64,000 nt of DNA from Trichinella spiralis (Eukaryota). The notes beneath the pieces were generated by a model. The model worked only from the letters and a program-made list of their open reading frames with translations, ran no database searches and had not been told where the DNA came from. This document shows, piece by piece, positions 24,256-37,769 of the stretch. The stretch's first letter is position 1. Each line of letters starts with the position of its first letter. Made by a program: the position numbers and the translations under genes. The stretch spans positions 4,057,228 through 4,121,227 of the forward strand of contig NW_003526943.1 in assembly GCF_000181795.1 (NCBI RefSeq), read 5' to 3'.

Positions 24256-26343
24256 TCAATCCGCTTTATCTTTCAATGCTTGTTGTTGTTGTTGATTGGC
24301 ATTGTTCACAGCACAATTTTCACTTTGATGTTTACTACTACTACTACTACTGGCCTTTTGTAGATCTTCTCCAGAAATGCCGAATTCATTCACTCGTTTC
24401 GGATCGACACGATAAACCCAGCGCTGGTACAAATAAATAACAAAAACCACATCATCTCGAAAACAGCTAATTCGATACAGCATGGGCATTTTGATGACAA
24501 AAGCGAAAATGTCGTCGATGATTGTATTCAAAAATTTGTAAGTCAACATTCGCCAAGGCAAGTGAGCGACCGACTTAAGTTTGTAATTGATGAAAAGCTG
24601 CGGCGTCATCATTATAAAGCCGAAAGTTATCAAAAACCCATACAGCCTGTCCAAAATCCACGAATACCAGCCACGGTGCTCTTCGTAAACCAACGAATAG
24701 ATCGTGTAGCAGCCCAACAGGGGGAACAGCAGCCAAGATAGATACCTGGAATGGATATTAAAATTTCAAAATCAAAATTTGATTCAAAAAACGAAACGAA
24801 CCTGAACGCCATCATGTCGTACTCTTTGGTGCTGGATTCAACGTAGGAATTTTTCTCCTTGAAGCGCAATTTTGGTACCACGCCGAACAGTCGACTGGTG
24901 GTGTCCAAACCGACGTCCAAGCATTTGGGCACTTTCCAAAGTTCGATTAGCATGTTGATGAAGACCGAACCGCGGACCATCAGGTTGGTCTCGTTGTCCA
25001 AAACGTACAACAGCACGATGAACGAAGTGCCAACGTTGAAAAGCACAGAACGAACCGACAAGCCTTCCAACGACTGGCGTTCGCGCCAAAATTGGATATC
25101 ATTTTTGAAAGCCAAAAATTCGAACACCAAATGCAAAATGGACACCACCGCCGTCAAAGCTAACAAATATGGACTCGTTTCGAGCAGTGCAATTTTTATC
25201 GAATCTTGGTCGTCTTCATTTTCTTCGAAAAGTTCACCAACACCACCTGAACAAAAGAAAAAACGAAAAATTCAATTCTCTTTCTTAATCAATCGATCAC
25301 ATTTATTATGTTTATTCGTTGCTTATTGGAAAAATTTTCCATATTCATTACCAGCTAGTCCTCCTAACCATCGATTTCGCATTGTTTGCGAAGCGTACAA
25401 TTGCCATTTGAAAAGAGACAATGGACTGTAGGTGAGTTTCAAATCGAGCGTGCTGACAGAACTATTCAACGGCTGATAGTCGGAGATCAAATTCCAGTAG
25501 TCGTTGAAAAACACTATTGGATAATAATCACCAGATACTGAATCGAACAAAAGCATCTCACTCCAGGGAACTGGTAAGCTGTCTGAAAAAGAAACCAACC
25601 GACAAATGAAACACCAAACAAAAAAAAACAAGCAAACAATAAATAAATAAATAACCTTTCGAAAATACAGACTGATCGTATACCATGTTGATGGTCAAAT
25701 TCGGATGCCAGTAGCTGATAATTTCCGTTGTCGCTGCTTCGGCCTTGGCCACGTCCGCCTGGCTTGCCTCGGTTTTGCCGGTTAGCAAATTCTGCGTTTT
25801 TTGATACCGTTTCCGTCTGTACTTGTTCAACTGATGCCAACGATGTATCGTATACCGTTTGGAATAATTCTTCGCTTTCGGATCGGCAGATTTGCCTGCC
25901 TTGGTGACAAACACGTGCAAGTACAAAGAAGCGTTGTTCTGAACGGAAATTGGACATGGAATTTTCCCTTCGTAAAAGAAAACACTGTCCTGTTTCTCAC
26001 CGGCTTCCCAATCGCCATAATAAATCGACTCCAACCGCCACAACGGTCGCGCATAGTCGACGTGATTTTCATATTCGGACACGTAGAAAGTGATGTCCAT
26101 TTCCATACCGTTGGGGAAAATATTCTTCGACAACAACGCCGACGTTGGGGCGGTGGTGCCGCTTTTGCTCACATTCTGAGGCTGGCGGAAGCTTTTCAAC
26201 AACGAAGAAATGGCGTAGATGACCAACAGCCGCGTTGCGAACTGTTTCAGCATTGACCACACGCTCGGCGTTTGGCTGGCCGAAGAAGCGCGCTGTTGGG
26301 TTGCTTCACTTGCCGTGGAAGAAGCAGCAGCAGTCGTTTCCAT
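24256..26343 (-). CDS. CLPTM1: Cleft lip and palate transmembrane protein 1 homolog (CLPTM1 family), 5 exons
   Basis: Motifs include VQNNASLYLHVF, NLLTG, ISYWHPNLTINMV, YYPIVFFNDYWNL, FEFLAFKNDIQFW, LEGLSVRS and FIMMTPQLFINYKLKSVAHLPWRMLTYKFLNTIIDDIFAFVIKMP..YRVDPKRVNEFG. Approximate exons are 25656-26343, 25352-25582, 24802-25246 and 24256-24745. Confidence 0.95.
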
Positions 26344-28011
26344 CGTTTTCAAAAATAATCAACTGAAATATGCACGACATTCAATTTCATCACTGAGACA
26401 TTCGCTCATTCGCAACAACAAAACAGGGAACGTTTGAAAAATTAAGAAAAAAAACTATCATTATTTCATTTAAAAAAAGTTATAAAATGTGTTCAGCATT
26501 AAAAAAAAGGGAAGCAAAATCTAAAAAATGTGCTAAAATAGCAAAATATAGATGTACATCAATCAGATAACAAGCTATTCACTGAAATCAGACAAGAAAA
26601 AACATGCGCGAGAAAAAATTAATATATATCACTTGTGAACAGACTCTGTCTGACGCGAACTGAAAAACGAAACAAAAAAGCAAAAACACAACGGTCACTG
26701 ATCAATATATTCAGACTGACGGACAAGTAGAAAAAAATATTCACTCACTCGCCTGACGCAAATAGGTGAAAATTTTCGAGTAAAACCAATAATTTACACA
26801 GAATACTTTATTACAGTAAACTAATGTGCAAGTATAATTAATTTCGTGTGTAAACAATTATACGATTTACAAATTCATGCATGAATGAATAGATTTATTT
26901 TTAAATAATTGAGATTAATTTTACATCAATTCTCTCAAACTTTAGCATCAATTAAATATTTTTTGCTTCAGCAACACAGCAAGTGGTGGTGTGATTAAGT
27001 CAGAAGTAGGTAAGAGCTACAGTAATAGTCATATTTCGAAGTAAATTAATAATTAAGGCAGCGAACAGTTGAATACAGTTCATTAGACTGTTGTTAATTT
27101 ACTGCAATAATGACAATGAAATGAAAATTTTCTTCAGCTCTTTTATTCATGGTAACTAGAAAAAAGTGACGAAGTTCATTCATATTCACAACAAGTCCAC
27201 TTTTTTAAATCAATTAAATAACTACTTGGCCAGCTGTCAATTTCGTTTACCAGTTAGTGCTGCTAGCTGACGTTATCATTACACCTACTAGTCAGCTAGT
27301 TTCTCCATTGTTGTTTATCGTTATATTTGTAAGTGCATTCGTCGTCTACTAAGGAAGTCATGATACGGAAGAAGCAATGAAGTAATAATATAAATTAGCA
27401 CATCAAAGAATGTTTTTCTTCTCTAGAAGCATTATCATTCATTTTACAGCATTGAATTGTTTAATTTTTGCAAAATCCTGACTTATTTATCTAAAATTCA
27501 TTTTCTCACGCACCAGATTCATCATATTAATTATTCTGAGAAGCAACTGGAAATATAGCAGATCACTTGGTTTGATTCAATTTGAAATTCGCCTTTAGCT
27601 GAATATGATTTTCTGCATTGGGTTTATTTTTGACCAATAGTCAACAACAACGATTATTGAGCAAAGAAAAGAAAAAATTAGATTTATTATTTTCAATTTT
27701 TCACTTTACGGCAAAATAATCTTTCAACTGTGGGAGTTTCTTTGTGTTTCAAAATAAACCCTGTGAAATACTGTTATTAAATACATTCCGATATTATACT
27801 CTCTATTATAATAAAAGGAAAATTAATAATAACATTAATGTATGAAAAGGCATTTTTATTTTATTATACAGTTTACTTACGTGCATTATTCTGAACACAA
27901 ACTGACTGCAAAGTTCCACTTGGGGTGGAACACCAGAAAGCGTTCAAATTTTTCAAAAAGAGAAAAAATAATAAAAATCTACAACTGTTCCAAACAACGA
28001 CAACTGTAATG

Positions 28012-28043
<32 letters not shown>

Positions 28044-28331
28044 CATAACTACGGTTAAGAAACAACAAAAAAAAAGAAAAACATCCGTCTTTCTGTATAC
28101 GGATAGTTATTTTAGGACTGCAAAAATCAGTATATGAATTATATGCAACTGATGTATATATATATATGAATATGTATATAAATATATGCCAGGTTTTAGA
28201 GTGCATATATATATATATGAACAAAGAACATAAAAATAAAATAACAAAGCAAAACACGTTTACAAAGCATTCGTTGTATAATACACAAAATGTTAATGGT
28301 TCAAGTGGTGGTGAAGGGATTCTTCGAATGT

Positions 28332-31098
28332 TCACGTAAGCAAATTCACATAACTGTTGTAATTTAAGATATTTCTTTTCAAAATTTCTGAGCACGGACC
28401 CATGACGCGTTCGAAGCGTGCACGGTCCAACTTGGCGCATTTCAAAGGCGTCTTCGCGACAACAGTAGCAGCTCTGGGTCGATCAAGCAGAAGAGCAATT
28501 TCGCCTAATTAATTAAGCAAAAATTAATCAAGTTATAAACTGTCAATAATAACAACAACACACATATTAACTTACCGAAATATTCTGACGGATTGAGATG
28601 GCCAACAAGCTCTGGCTTGCTATCTTCGCTTCTTTTTTGATACACTTCAGCTTCACCCTGAAAGAATAAATACCAACCAAATAAGCCGAGTTACAATAAA
28701 AATTAATAATAACTACCTCCAAAATGATGAAAAAGTTGTCACCCGGCTGACCCTGTTCAACAATGTGAGTGCCTTTTTCGAACGCTACAGGCTCAAGGGC
28801 ATCGGCAACAGTCAATCTTTCCCACTTATCGAGATCCTCTGAAAGACATCATCAACAAATGATAATTTTTTAATTTTCATTTTTAAAAATAATATAAAAA
28901 AAGTACACACCTAAAATTTTCACTTTGCTCAAAAATTCTTCGTACTGTTTGCGCTTGCGAATAGTGCTTCCCATCAAAATGCGTCTGTAAGTGTCACGAT
29001 CCAAAGCCCAAAGTTTAACACGAGTTTTCGCCTGAAATAAACAACAAATTGTTGTAACAATGCTACTATTCAAATATGCTAAAACGTAGTATATATATAT
29101 ACCAAGACAGTAGCCGCACGAGGTGTTCCATAAATCAACGCCAGTTCACCAAAACTTCCACTTTCTTTGATTGTAGTCACACTTTTGTTATTCACAAACA
29201 CTTCTACTTCGCCCGAATCAATGACATAGAAATTATCCCCTTCATCCCCTGAACATTATTGTAAAAATTAGACAACATACGCAAAATGTACAATTTTTCT
29301 CGACTAACAACAACAGCTTACCTTGTTGAATAATCACTTCTCCGGCATTAGCCTCAACTGGGAACATTGCATTGAAAATATCTCTGTTATGAACGAAAAA
29401 AAACAAAAATACACATTATAAATAAAGCATATTGGATGGAAAAAGGAACATGAAATTGTATGCATACTTTTTCTCATTTTCATCCAAATGTGCGAAAAGA
29501 ACATTCTGACACATCGCTTTCTCTAAGGCTTTCTTCGTTTCTTCATCTTTAGGTACAACCTGAAATTTACAAAAAAACAATAAATCATTGTCGAAATTCA
29601 TATTCATAAATCTGTATATTTATTAATTAAATATACTTTCTTTATGCCTAATATTTCAAAATAAATGATGACAACGTAATTTATATGAGCAAAACATATG
29701 AATGGTGGCAATTTTTCATCGATAATTGATCAATACTGTTGTTGTTCCAATTTTCAATAAAAATGAAAGATTCGAATAGAATGAAGTCATCCTTTTTTTC
29801 CCATTTCTTCTCATAAGGGGAGGGGGCGGGGGGAAGAATGCTGGCTTTCGAAAAACATTAATCACAAAAATATATCTATTATTACAATTATCAGTGCTGT
29901 TCGCCCTAGTTGTCTCAGTTACAGCAGATAATAAATTATAGATGAACTGCTGCTAATATAAGAACACGTCTGATCTATCCATTCACCCTAGCACACGTGT
30001 TATTTATGCACATATACATATTTATTTATTTATATTTGTAATACAATTCAGTAAATACAATTTATCCTCTTCCTTTAAATGACAAATAAAAATAAAATTA
30101 TTTGCAAAAAGAAAACTCTACTGCAGTATGTATGTGTGGGGTTAGTGGTATTTATCTATTATTCGCTGCTAAATATTTCCACTGAAATATTGAAAATTAT
30201 CTCGCAATTGATAAATACTTGAATATGTATATGCGCGTGGGGTGAGAGAGAGAGAGAGAGAGAAGAAAATTTTTCACTCGTATAAAATGTGAAATCATTA
30301 AATAAATGATCATCAGCCATTTGCCCAGTGCATTTGCAGCTCCAAAATAGCATACTGTATTTTTAACGATTCAAAGACTAGCTGGCAATGGTTCGAAGCA
30401 ACAAGCGTGCGCTGAGCGAATCAATGATCACCAGACGACAACTGCCCACACAATTGACTAACTCTATAAGCTAGTAGTAGCCTGTTTACACCTAATTTTA
30501 CTAGTTCGGCATTCATGTATGAAACTTTTTCAAAACAACTCCAGCTTCAAACCATTATCGCGCCTGCTTGCTACACTGAAGGAGATTATCATCAAGCAGC
30601 CGATGCACCGCTGCTGCACCCGCTTGAATTTTAGTAGAACAATTATTCTCAACAATCGTCAGAGAGCAATAAAAATAATAAATTATTATTATTATAAAAC
30701 AAAGAAAAATCACCTTTTTCACGTAGTTGGCAATGTCTTCTTCAGAGTAAACTTCAGCAGAGACGGCTCCACGACGGGAACGAGCCTTGGAATCGGCTGC
30801 TCCAGCCGAATCGACAGCACCCAAATCTTCCTCATCGTGACTTTCCGAAGGAGATGGCTGATTCAGCGTGCTCACCTGAAGCAATTATCACATTATCACT
30901 TATGCAAATATTAATTATTACACAAAAAGGGAAGAAAAGCAAAAAGGAAAAAAAATGTCCCCTGATGAACAGCAATGTGTACATGCTATTTAAAATGATT
31001 GCTTAAAAATTAAAAGAAACCAAACCACCAATCAATCACTCAGTCAAAATTTTTCAATTTCAACTAAAAATTAGAGCATCATTGGAATAATTTCAGAA

Positions 31099-31129
<31 letters not shown>

Positions 31130-34100
31130 ATAGACGTTGTAAATAAGATAGACTTACATAACTGGCCAGACAAGCCATTTTTAAATTGCAAAGTGAGAAG
31201 TAGAAGCAGAAGAAGAAGAAGAAGAAGAAGAAGAACCGACAGCACCCACGGAAAACAACAACAGCCTTATTTCATTCACAACCTACAAATATTTGCCAAC
31301 TATTGACGACGACTGAACAGTAGTGGGCGTCTGATGATGTATGCATATAAAATGTAGATGTAGAAATTTTGTAAAAAGCAGGCTATAAAACTACAACAAA
31401 ACGGTCGACAAACTATACATCGCAATATGACGACAAATAATAATACACGTATGTGTCTTGTTCACACAAAAATGCAACTGCAAAGAAAGAGAGAATTGTG
31501 TATACGCACGTGAATGTAATTTTTAAATGAAGTGAGCAAGAAGTTTCAGACAAATTAAATTCTACTTCACTCACTATATACACATTTATATATACATATA
31601 TATATATATATCTTCTTCACTGATATTCGATGCTGCACAAATGTGAGCACACGCACATTGTCACTCTATCTTTGCGTGTGTGTTTGGAAAAGCCAAACGA
31701 CAACCGAGCACGCTTTACTTACTTCTACTAATGCAGCTAGCTATTAAACTGACTCGCTAAAAGCTGGTTAACTGCCAACTGAAGCTGACTAAACCAACCA
31801 ACCAGACAACCCACAAGCTCCTGTAGCTAGCTACTATAACAACCGACGTCGTTTCAACAAGACCAACGCGCAAACAGTTCACGCTAATAGTCTACACACA
31901 CGTCAGCAAAAACAAACTTCTTTTTTCACTGACAACAAAAAACTTGCAAAAATATTGCAAATAAACAAAACAGTAAATAAATAAATAAATAAAATAATGA
32001 TAATTTTCATCCCTACAAATTCAATGTATATATTCAACAGTTTTTAAAAACAAGAATAACAACGAATTTCATTCACGTTGCAATTTTGCAATAAAAATTA
32101 TACATACTCATCACTTATTAAAATTTTTGTCCTCATGAAAAAATTAAGAATAAAAAAGATGAATCAAATAAATAAAAACACAAAATGACGTACCACCCAA
32201 CTCGGTCTGTCACCTTTTGATTGCATTTTTGTTTTTCTATTTCACAACAGAAATAAATATGCTTTTCGTTATGCTTTCTACTTTTTGTCCACGGGAAACA
32301 ACAATTTGGAACAACAAACAGGTCGTCAACGACCAATCATCATCATCAAGCCGCAATCAGTACATAATAAAAGCATTATTTATCATTTCTCTCATTTTGT
32401 ACACCAAGCAACAACAACAAAATGTTCGACGAATAATGATGCAAGCATATTACACACAGCTACGTCATCTTGTTTGCTTTCCCGCGCAATCTTATATGCA
32501 CAATATTTAAATGCACCACCACCACCAACCAACCAAAAATGCAACAACTACAACATTTATTAATTTTTAAAAATATTTTTTTAATAACTGAACAAATAAA
32601 CAACAACAACTACTACACAAAAATTATTTATAAAAAAATAACATGCACATCGTGAAAAAAAATATATATACATATATAATGAAAATTATTCAAAATTAAT
32701 TTGCTTTATTTAATATTACACAACAAAAATAATACAAATGTAAACATTATGCAACTGAATTTTCAATTTCCTTTTTTGATTAATTTTAAAGTATTATTCA
32801 CACAGTCGTTTAATGTTTCTTGAATTAAAATTGAAATTCAAAAGCACTTTTCAAACTATTTCACTAATGCAGAAATGAACAAAAATTCATCAACGACGAC
32901 GTCGTTCGTTCGTTACTTTCCACTAATCAATGCAAATGTGTTGTGCATATATTAATGAATGAATGAATGAATGACACAAATGCTGTTTCACATTTTCTAC
33001 CATCCACAACACATCTGTTCATCAATAAATTGAAATATTGAACAACAATAAACAAAACACTTATAAATAAATGAAAAAATTTTTTTAACTCATTAATTAT
33101 TATTAATCAGCAATGGGAATAAATTACTGTTAACGTACAAAAGTGAGCACTTACACACACCCACACACCCACAATTCTGATGCTTCTTTGTTATTTTTTA
33201 TAAACAAATATGCAACAACAACAACAACAACGAAGGTTAAATTTAATATTTAAATATTTTCTACAAAACGAAATTAATTAACAATAAATCAGCAGAAAAC
33301 CACGCACACCAGAATATAATAAATAAATAAATAACTGTTCGCAATTATAAAATCAATAAAGAGTAAAACAACCCACGCTCTCAACAGCATCTTTGTATTA
33401 TTATTATTTTGAAATCCTCTTTAAAATAATGCACCATTTTTTTACTGAATACGAAACACAAACCAAATAAAAATAAACAAGATATTGGGGAAGAAAATGT
33501 TTAATAAAATTATTCATTTTTTGAAAAATTTCAAAAACCATTATTACAGTTGGATAGAAATAAAATAAGATAAAATAAATTTATGGCATTGATTTATTCT
33601 TTTGTTGAAATTTTGCGCAAATCACATGCAAGAAAAATGCAATCAATACAATTCTACTACCCCAGCCGACCGAATGTCAATATTCCCACGCAACTTGTGT
33701 CCACGTTGAAGTTGCTCGATTTCATCATTCAAAAAATTTTATATTTAAAAACAAAAAATTAACCATTTTCAAATTGAAACTTATTCTAAAAATGAAAAAT
33801 ATTACTGAAAACTTCATCTCCAATGTTCTGCCGACTGCATTCGCATCAAATATTAATTATTCCATTATACAATAACTTCACCCATGTAGCTGATGCGACA
33901 AAATAATGCAATAAATAATGATATTCTTACATTTAAAAATGACAAAATTTATAAAAATTAAATCAAGCAAAAATTTCACAGTTGCGCTGGTTCGGGTTAA
34001 ACGCGAGCAATTTGATTTTCTTGCATTCAATAACTTATGCTTAACAAAGAAGAAATCGAAATCATAATAATAATATTAATAATAATAATAATAATAGTAG

Positions 34101-35503
34101 TAGTAGGAGTAGTAAAAGAGAAAAGAGAGAGAGAGAGTGAGACTTGTGGCAAAAATATTGATTACCCATCTATCTCCTCAGTAAGCTTGCTCGTGCATAT
34201 AAATTTCAAATGGAACAAAAATCGAAAAATCAACACCGCTTAGTGAAAAATTAAAAAAAAATTTTAATGGATGCATTTATTAAAAAACAAAAACATTTTT
34301 TAAAACAACCCCACATTGAAAAAACAAACCTTAAACATTAATAACAGACAAAAAATAAATATGCAGCATATATATACTTTTAATTCATTTTTGGTAACTT
34401 TCACAAAAATAAATTTAAGATGAACATTTTTGTTGTTATGGTGGTTAGTTATAAATTATAAAATTATAAAATGAAAGTAAATAAATAAACAAACAATTTT
34501 CCAGCCAATTAACCAACTACTATCATCAACAAGCACAATTTAAGAAATGCTTTTTTCTGCTCCATATCACACAGAATTGACTATCACCACTTCGTTTAAT
34601 CGCGCAATCTGAATTCGTCTCGCGAAACACAAACTGGCCCACAACAATAAAATAATAAATTAATAATCATTAAAAAATGAATAGAAATTTCTTTCTCCAT
34701 GATGACAAATATTTTGAAAATCAATTTCTTAATGCTGAACAATTTTCATTGATAAAAGAAAACGAGCCGATGAACTTGGGAAGGGGGATTGAATTATTAA
34801 AAGCACTTTTCAAATGGTTGATGATTTGATGCGGAATTCGAACCGAACACATCCGATCATCTCCTCGATGAAGACCATCATCATCTTTAATTTCATTCAA
34901 TTGTTCACATTTCATTTTGTGATTCGTTGTTGCGTGTGCAAAAAACAACAAGCAAACTAATACTAGCTAGCTAACAACGTTGAAAAAGCAATGAAAAGCT
35001 TATTCAGAAAAAAAACACCTGCATATTGTTGTTGTGCGTATTTTTCTTTTCATTGTTCAAAAAGCGACTTGCAAATAAAATATCACAATAAATTACAACT
35101 AGACAAGTGACTAATAATTTACAAAAAAAAACAATAATATGTAAATATTTTACAATAAAGTCACGTTGTAAGAATAAAGCAGCAATATCAATCAATCAAT
35201 CAATAACGGGGATGTGGCAAATGAGATAGAAATCAAACTTTGAGAACAATTCTCATTCTTCTCTAAGCGAATGGCAAAAATCCAATGAACAAACAATTAA
35301 TTTCACAATACATACTATAATTCAATATAAGAATAAAATTTAAAGATAATCAAATTTTCACATGCACACAAAAGAAGAAGTGTTGCTCGAGCACAAATGA
35401 TTTTCAATCAAAGGTGAATTTTCTTTTTCCACTTATATATTTTTCCCACAGTGAAATTATCATTGCTCGTAAAATTAAACAAAAAAAATCAACTGCCATT
35501 GGC

Positions 35504-35534
<31 letters not shown>

Positions 35535-37729
35535 AAAACTACTGTAGAGATGAGAGAGGGAGAGAAGTAGAAAGAAGAACAATGGTGCATTAAACGTTGC
35601 TTGATTGTTTTTACGCGGATCAATGCAAGGGAAATTATATATAATTCGATTTGAATTAAACTTTGAAGGATGATTGATTCACATAACCGAAACCAAATGA
35701 CCAACAGCAACTAAAGCAGAAAATCAAGAAAATTTTTCTTTCTTCCTCAATACCGAAAAACAAAGCAAAGAACTTTTCTCATCACGATGCTTGATAATTC
35801 TTATTATTTTTTTAATACAATAGATTCAATTTTTCTTCTACTTGATCAACCTGTACACTCTATGGTTTAAGAATTTTCTCACACCAATAGCTAAAATTGA
35901 CTTTGATCAATTTAAAAAGATAAAATTATATTAAAATTCAAACAAGAACAAACAAACATATGCAGCACGGAAAAAATGCTTGAATTGTTGAAAGAAAAGT
36001 ACAAATTTGAAAATGAAATAATAATTTCATCACGCGCGCATACGAATTAAATGGAAAATATAATACAAGCAACATTTACAACAATGATACGAAAAACATT
36101 TTGCATTTCCCATCTTGCTCTCTTTTCAATGAAAACTATTATTTCAGCGATGGTGATTACTTTTTCAACATCAAAATATGCAAATAATATAATAATACAT
36201 CTATCCCCTGCATATCTTCGTAAAAAGCCAACTTCACAGTTGAACACGCTCGTGCATGTAAAGTTTTGTGTTCAAAAATAAAAATTATAATAAAATCAAA
36301 TAAACTTCTTCTTCTTCTACTTCTCATCCGTGCAAATTTCATTTTCACACTTTTCACGCACTGGTTGGCGCAATTTCAAATTCAAAAAAATGAAATGAAC
36401 ATGTCAATAAAAACCAATACAAATGTTGCCAATTTTTTCCACATTTACACACACACACACACACAGAGAGACAGTGCAATAAATATTTAATCCGATGCAA
36501 ATGAAATAAAATATGCTAACACAGAATTGCAATCGAATTGCTTTTACCGATGGAGACATTTCGATCGATTGAATTATACCCCTCAGACCCCTCCTCCACC
36601 ATCACCGCACCATTTGCCTCCCTTCTGCTTGCTCCTCGACACAAAATTTATTCTTCCTCTTCTTCAATCGCTCAGCCGGAGCCGGCAGAGTTGCCAGAAA
36701 GAAATTATCAATAATTTTTTGAAGCAACAAAGCATCACTAAAAACAGCCATCAATTTGCAACTTTCTCAATTCTCAACGACCACTTTTATCACCCTCACC
36801 AACTGACAAAAGTATAATGTGATTCATTGAAAGCAAAGTATAGATAAATAAATAAACAATTACTGATCGCTAACGTTAAATTCAATCAACTTTCATCATT
36901 ATTATTATTATTATTATATCTGCACAAAAATCAAAAAATATCTTTCATCACTGACACAACAACAAGCAGAGAAAAAAACAATTCTGCTGTTGTTGTTGTT
37001 TATTTGTTTACCTTGTTACTTTCAGCTCTGGTAGTAGTAGTAGTAGTAGCAGTGGTGCCTTGTTGTGGAAGAGCAGAAACGTCGCCTGAAGATTCTTGGA
37101 TAACCACCGTCGGTGGAGGCTTGTTCGACGGAGCTTGTTCGGTCGGCAACGGTCCGGCACCGTCCGACTGACGCTTGCCCACGACCACCGTACCGACGAC
37201 CTGCTTGCGAAGTTTGTTGCCCATTGGTCACTCGCAAACCAACTGCACATGCACGCACACAACACACAAAAACACACGTACCGTACCTCCTCCTGTTGGG
37301 TTTTCGACAAAATAAAAAACAAATACTAAGAGCTAGAGATGATGATGAATTTTCACATTATCTGTTTTTTTCAGAAATCAAACAAACAAACAAACAAACA
37401 AACGATATTATTTGCATAAGTTCTCGAAGCGAAACGCGCGATTCTTCGATGGAAAAAATTCTGAAGGCTAACGACGACGAAATTAAATTTGAAAACAAAA
37501 AAAAATAAAAAAAAACTGATCCAAATAAATAAATAATTGAAAAAGAAAATACAACTAATTCGTTGTGGAGAATGATGATGAATCAGTAGGATGGAAAAGT
37601 GAAAATAACGGCAATAATGCCTGCGCCATGGTTGCTGTTCGTGAAGCTGAAGCTCGAAAAGCTCCAAGCTGTTGTTGCTGCTATATAAAACGCTAAACGT
37701 TGAACGCTAAAAATGCTAAATGCCAGTGT

Positions 37730-37769
<40 letters not shown>

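Noticed and set aside
34721..35195. ORFs in the PKA-R intron as further alternative exons
   Set aside because: There is no convincing phase-0 donor; only a weak ATG CAG|GTGTTT at ~35020.
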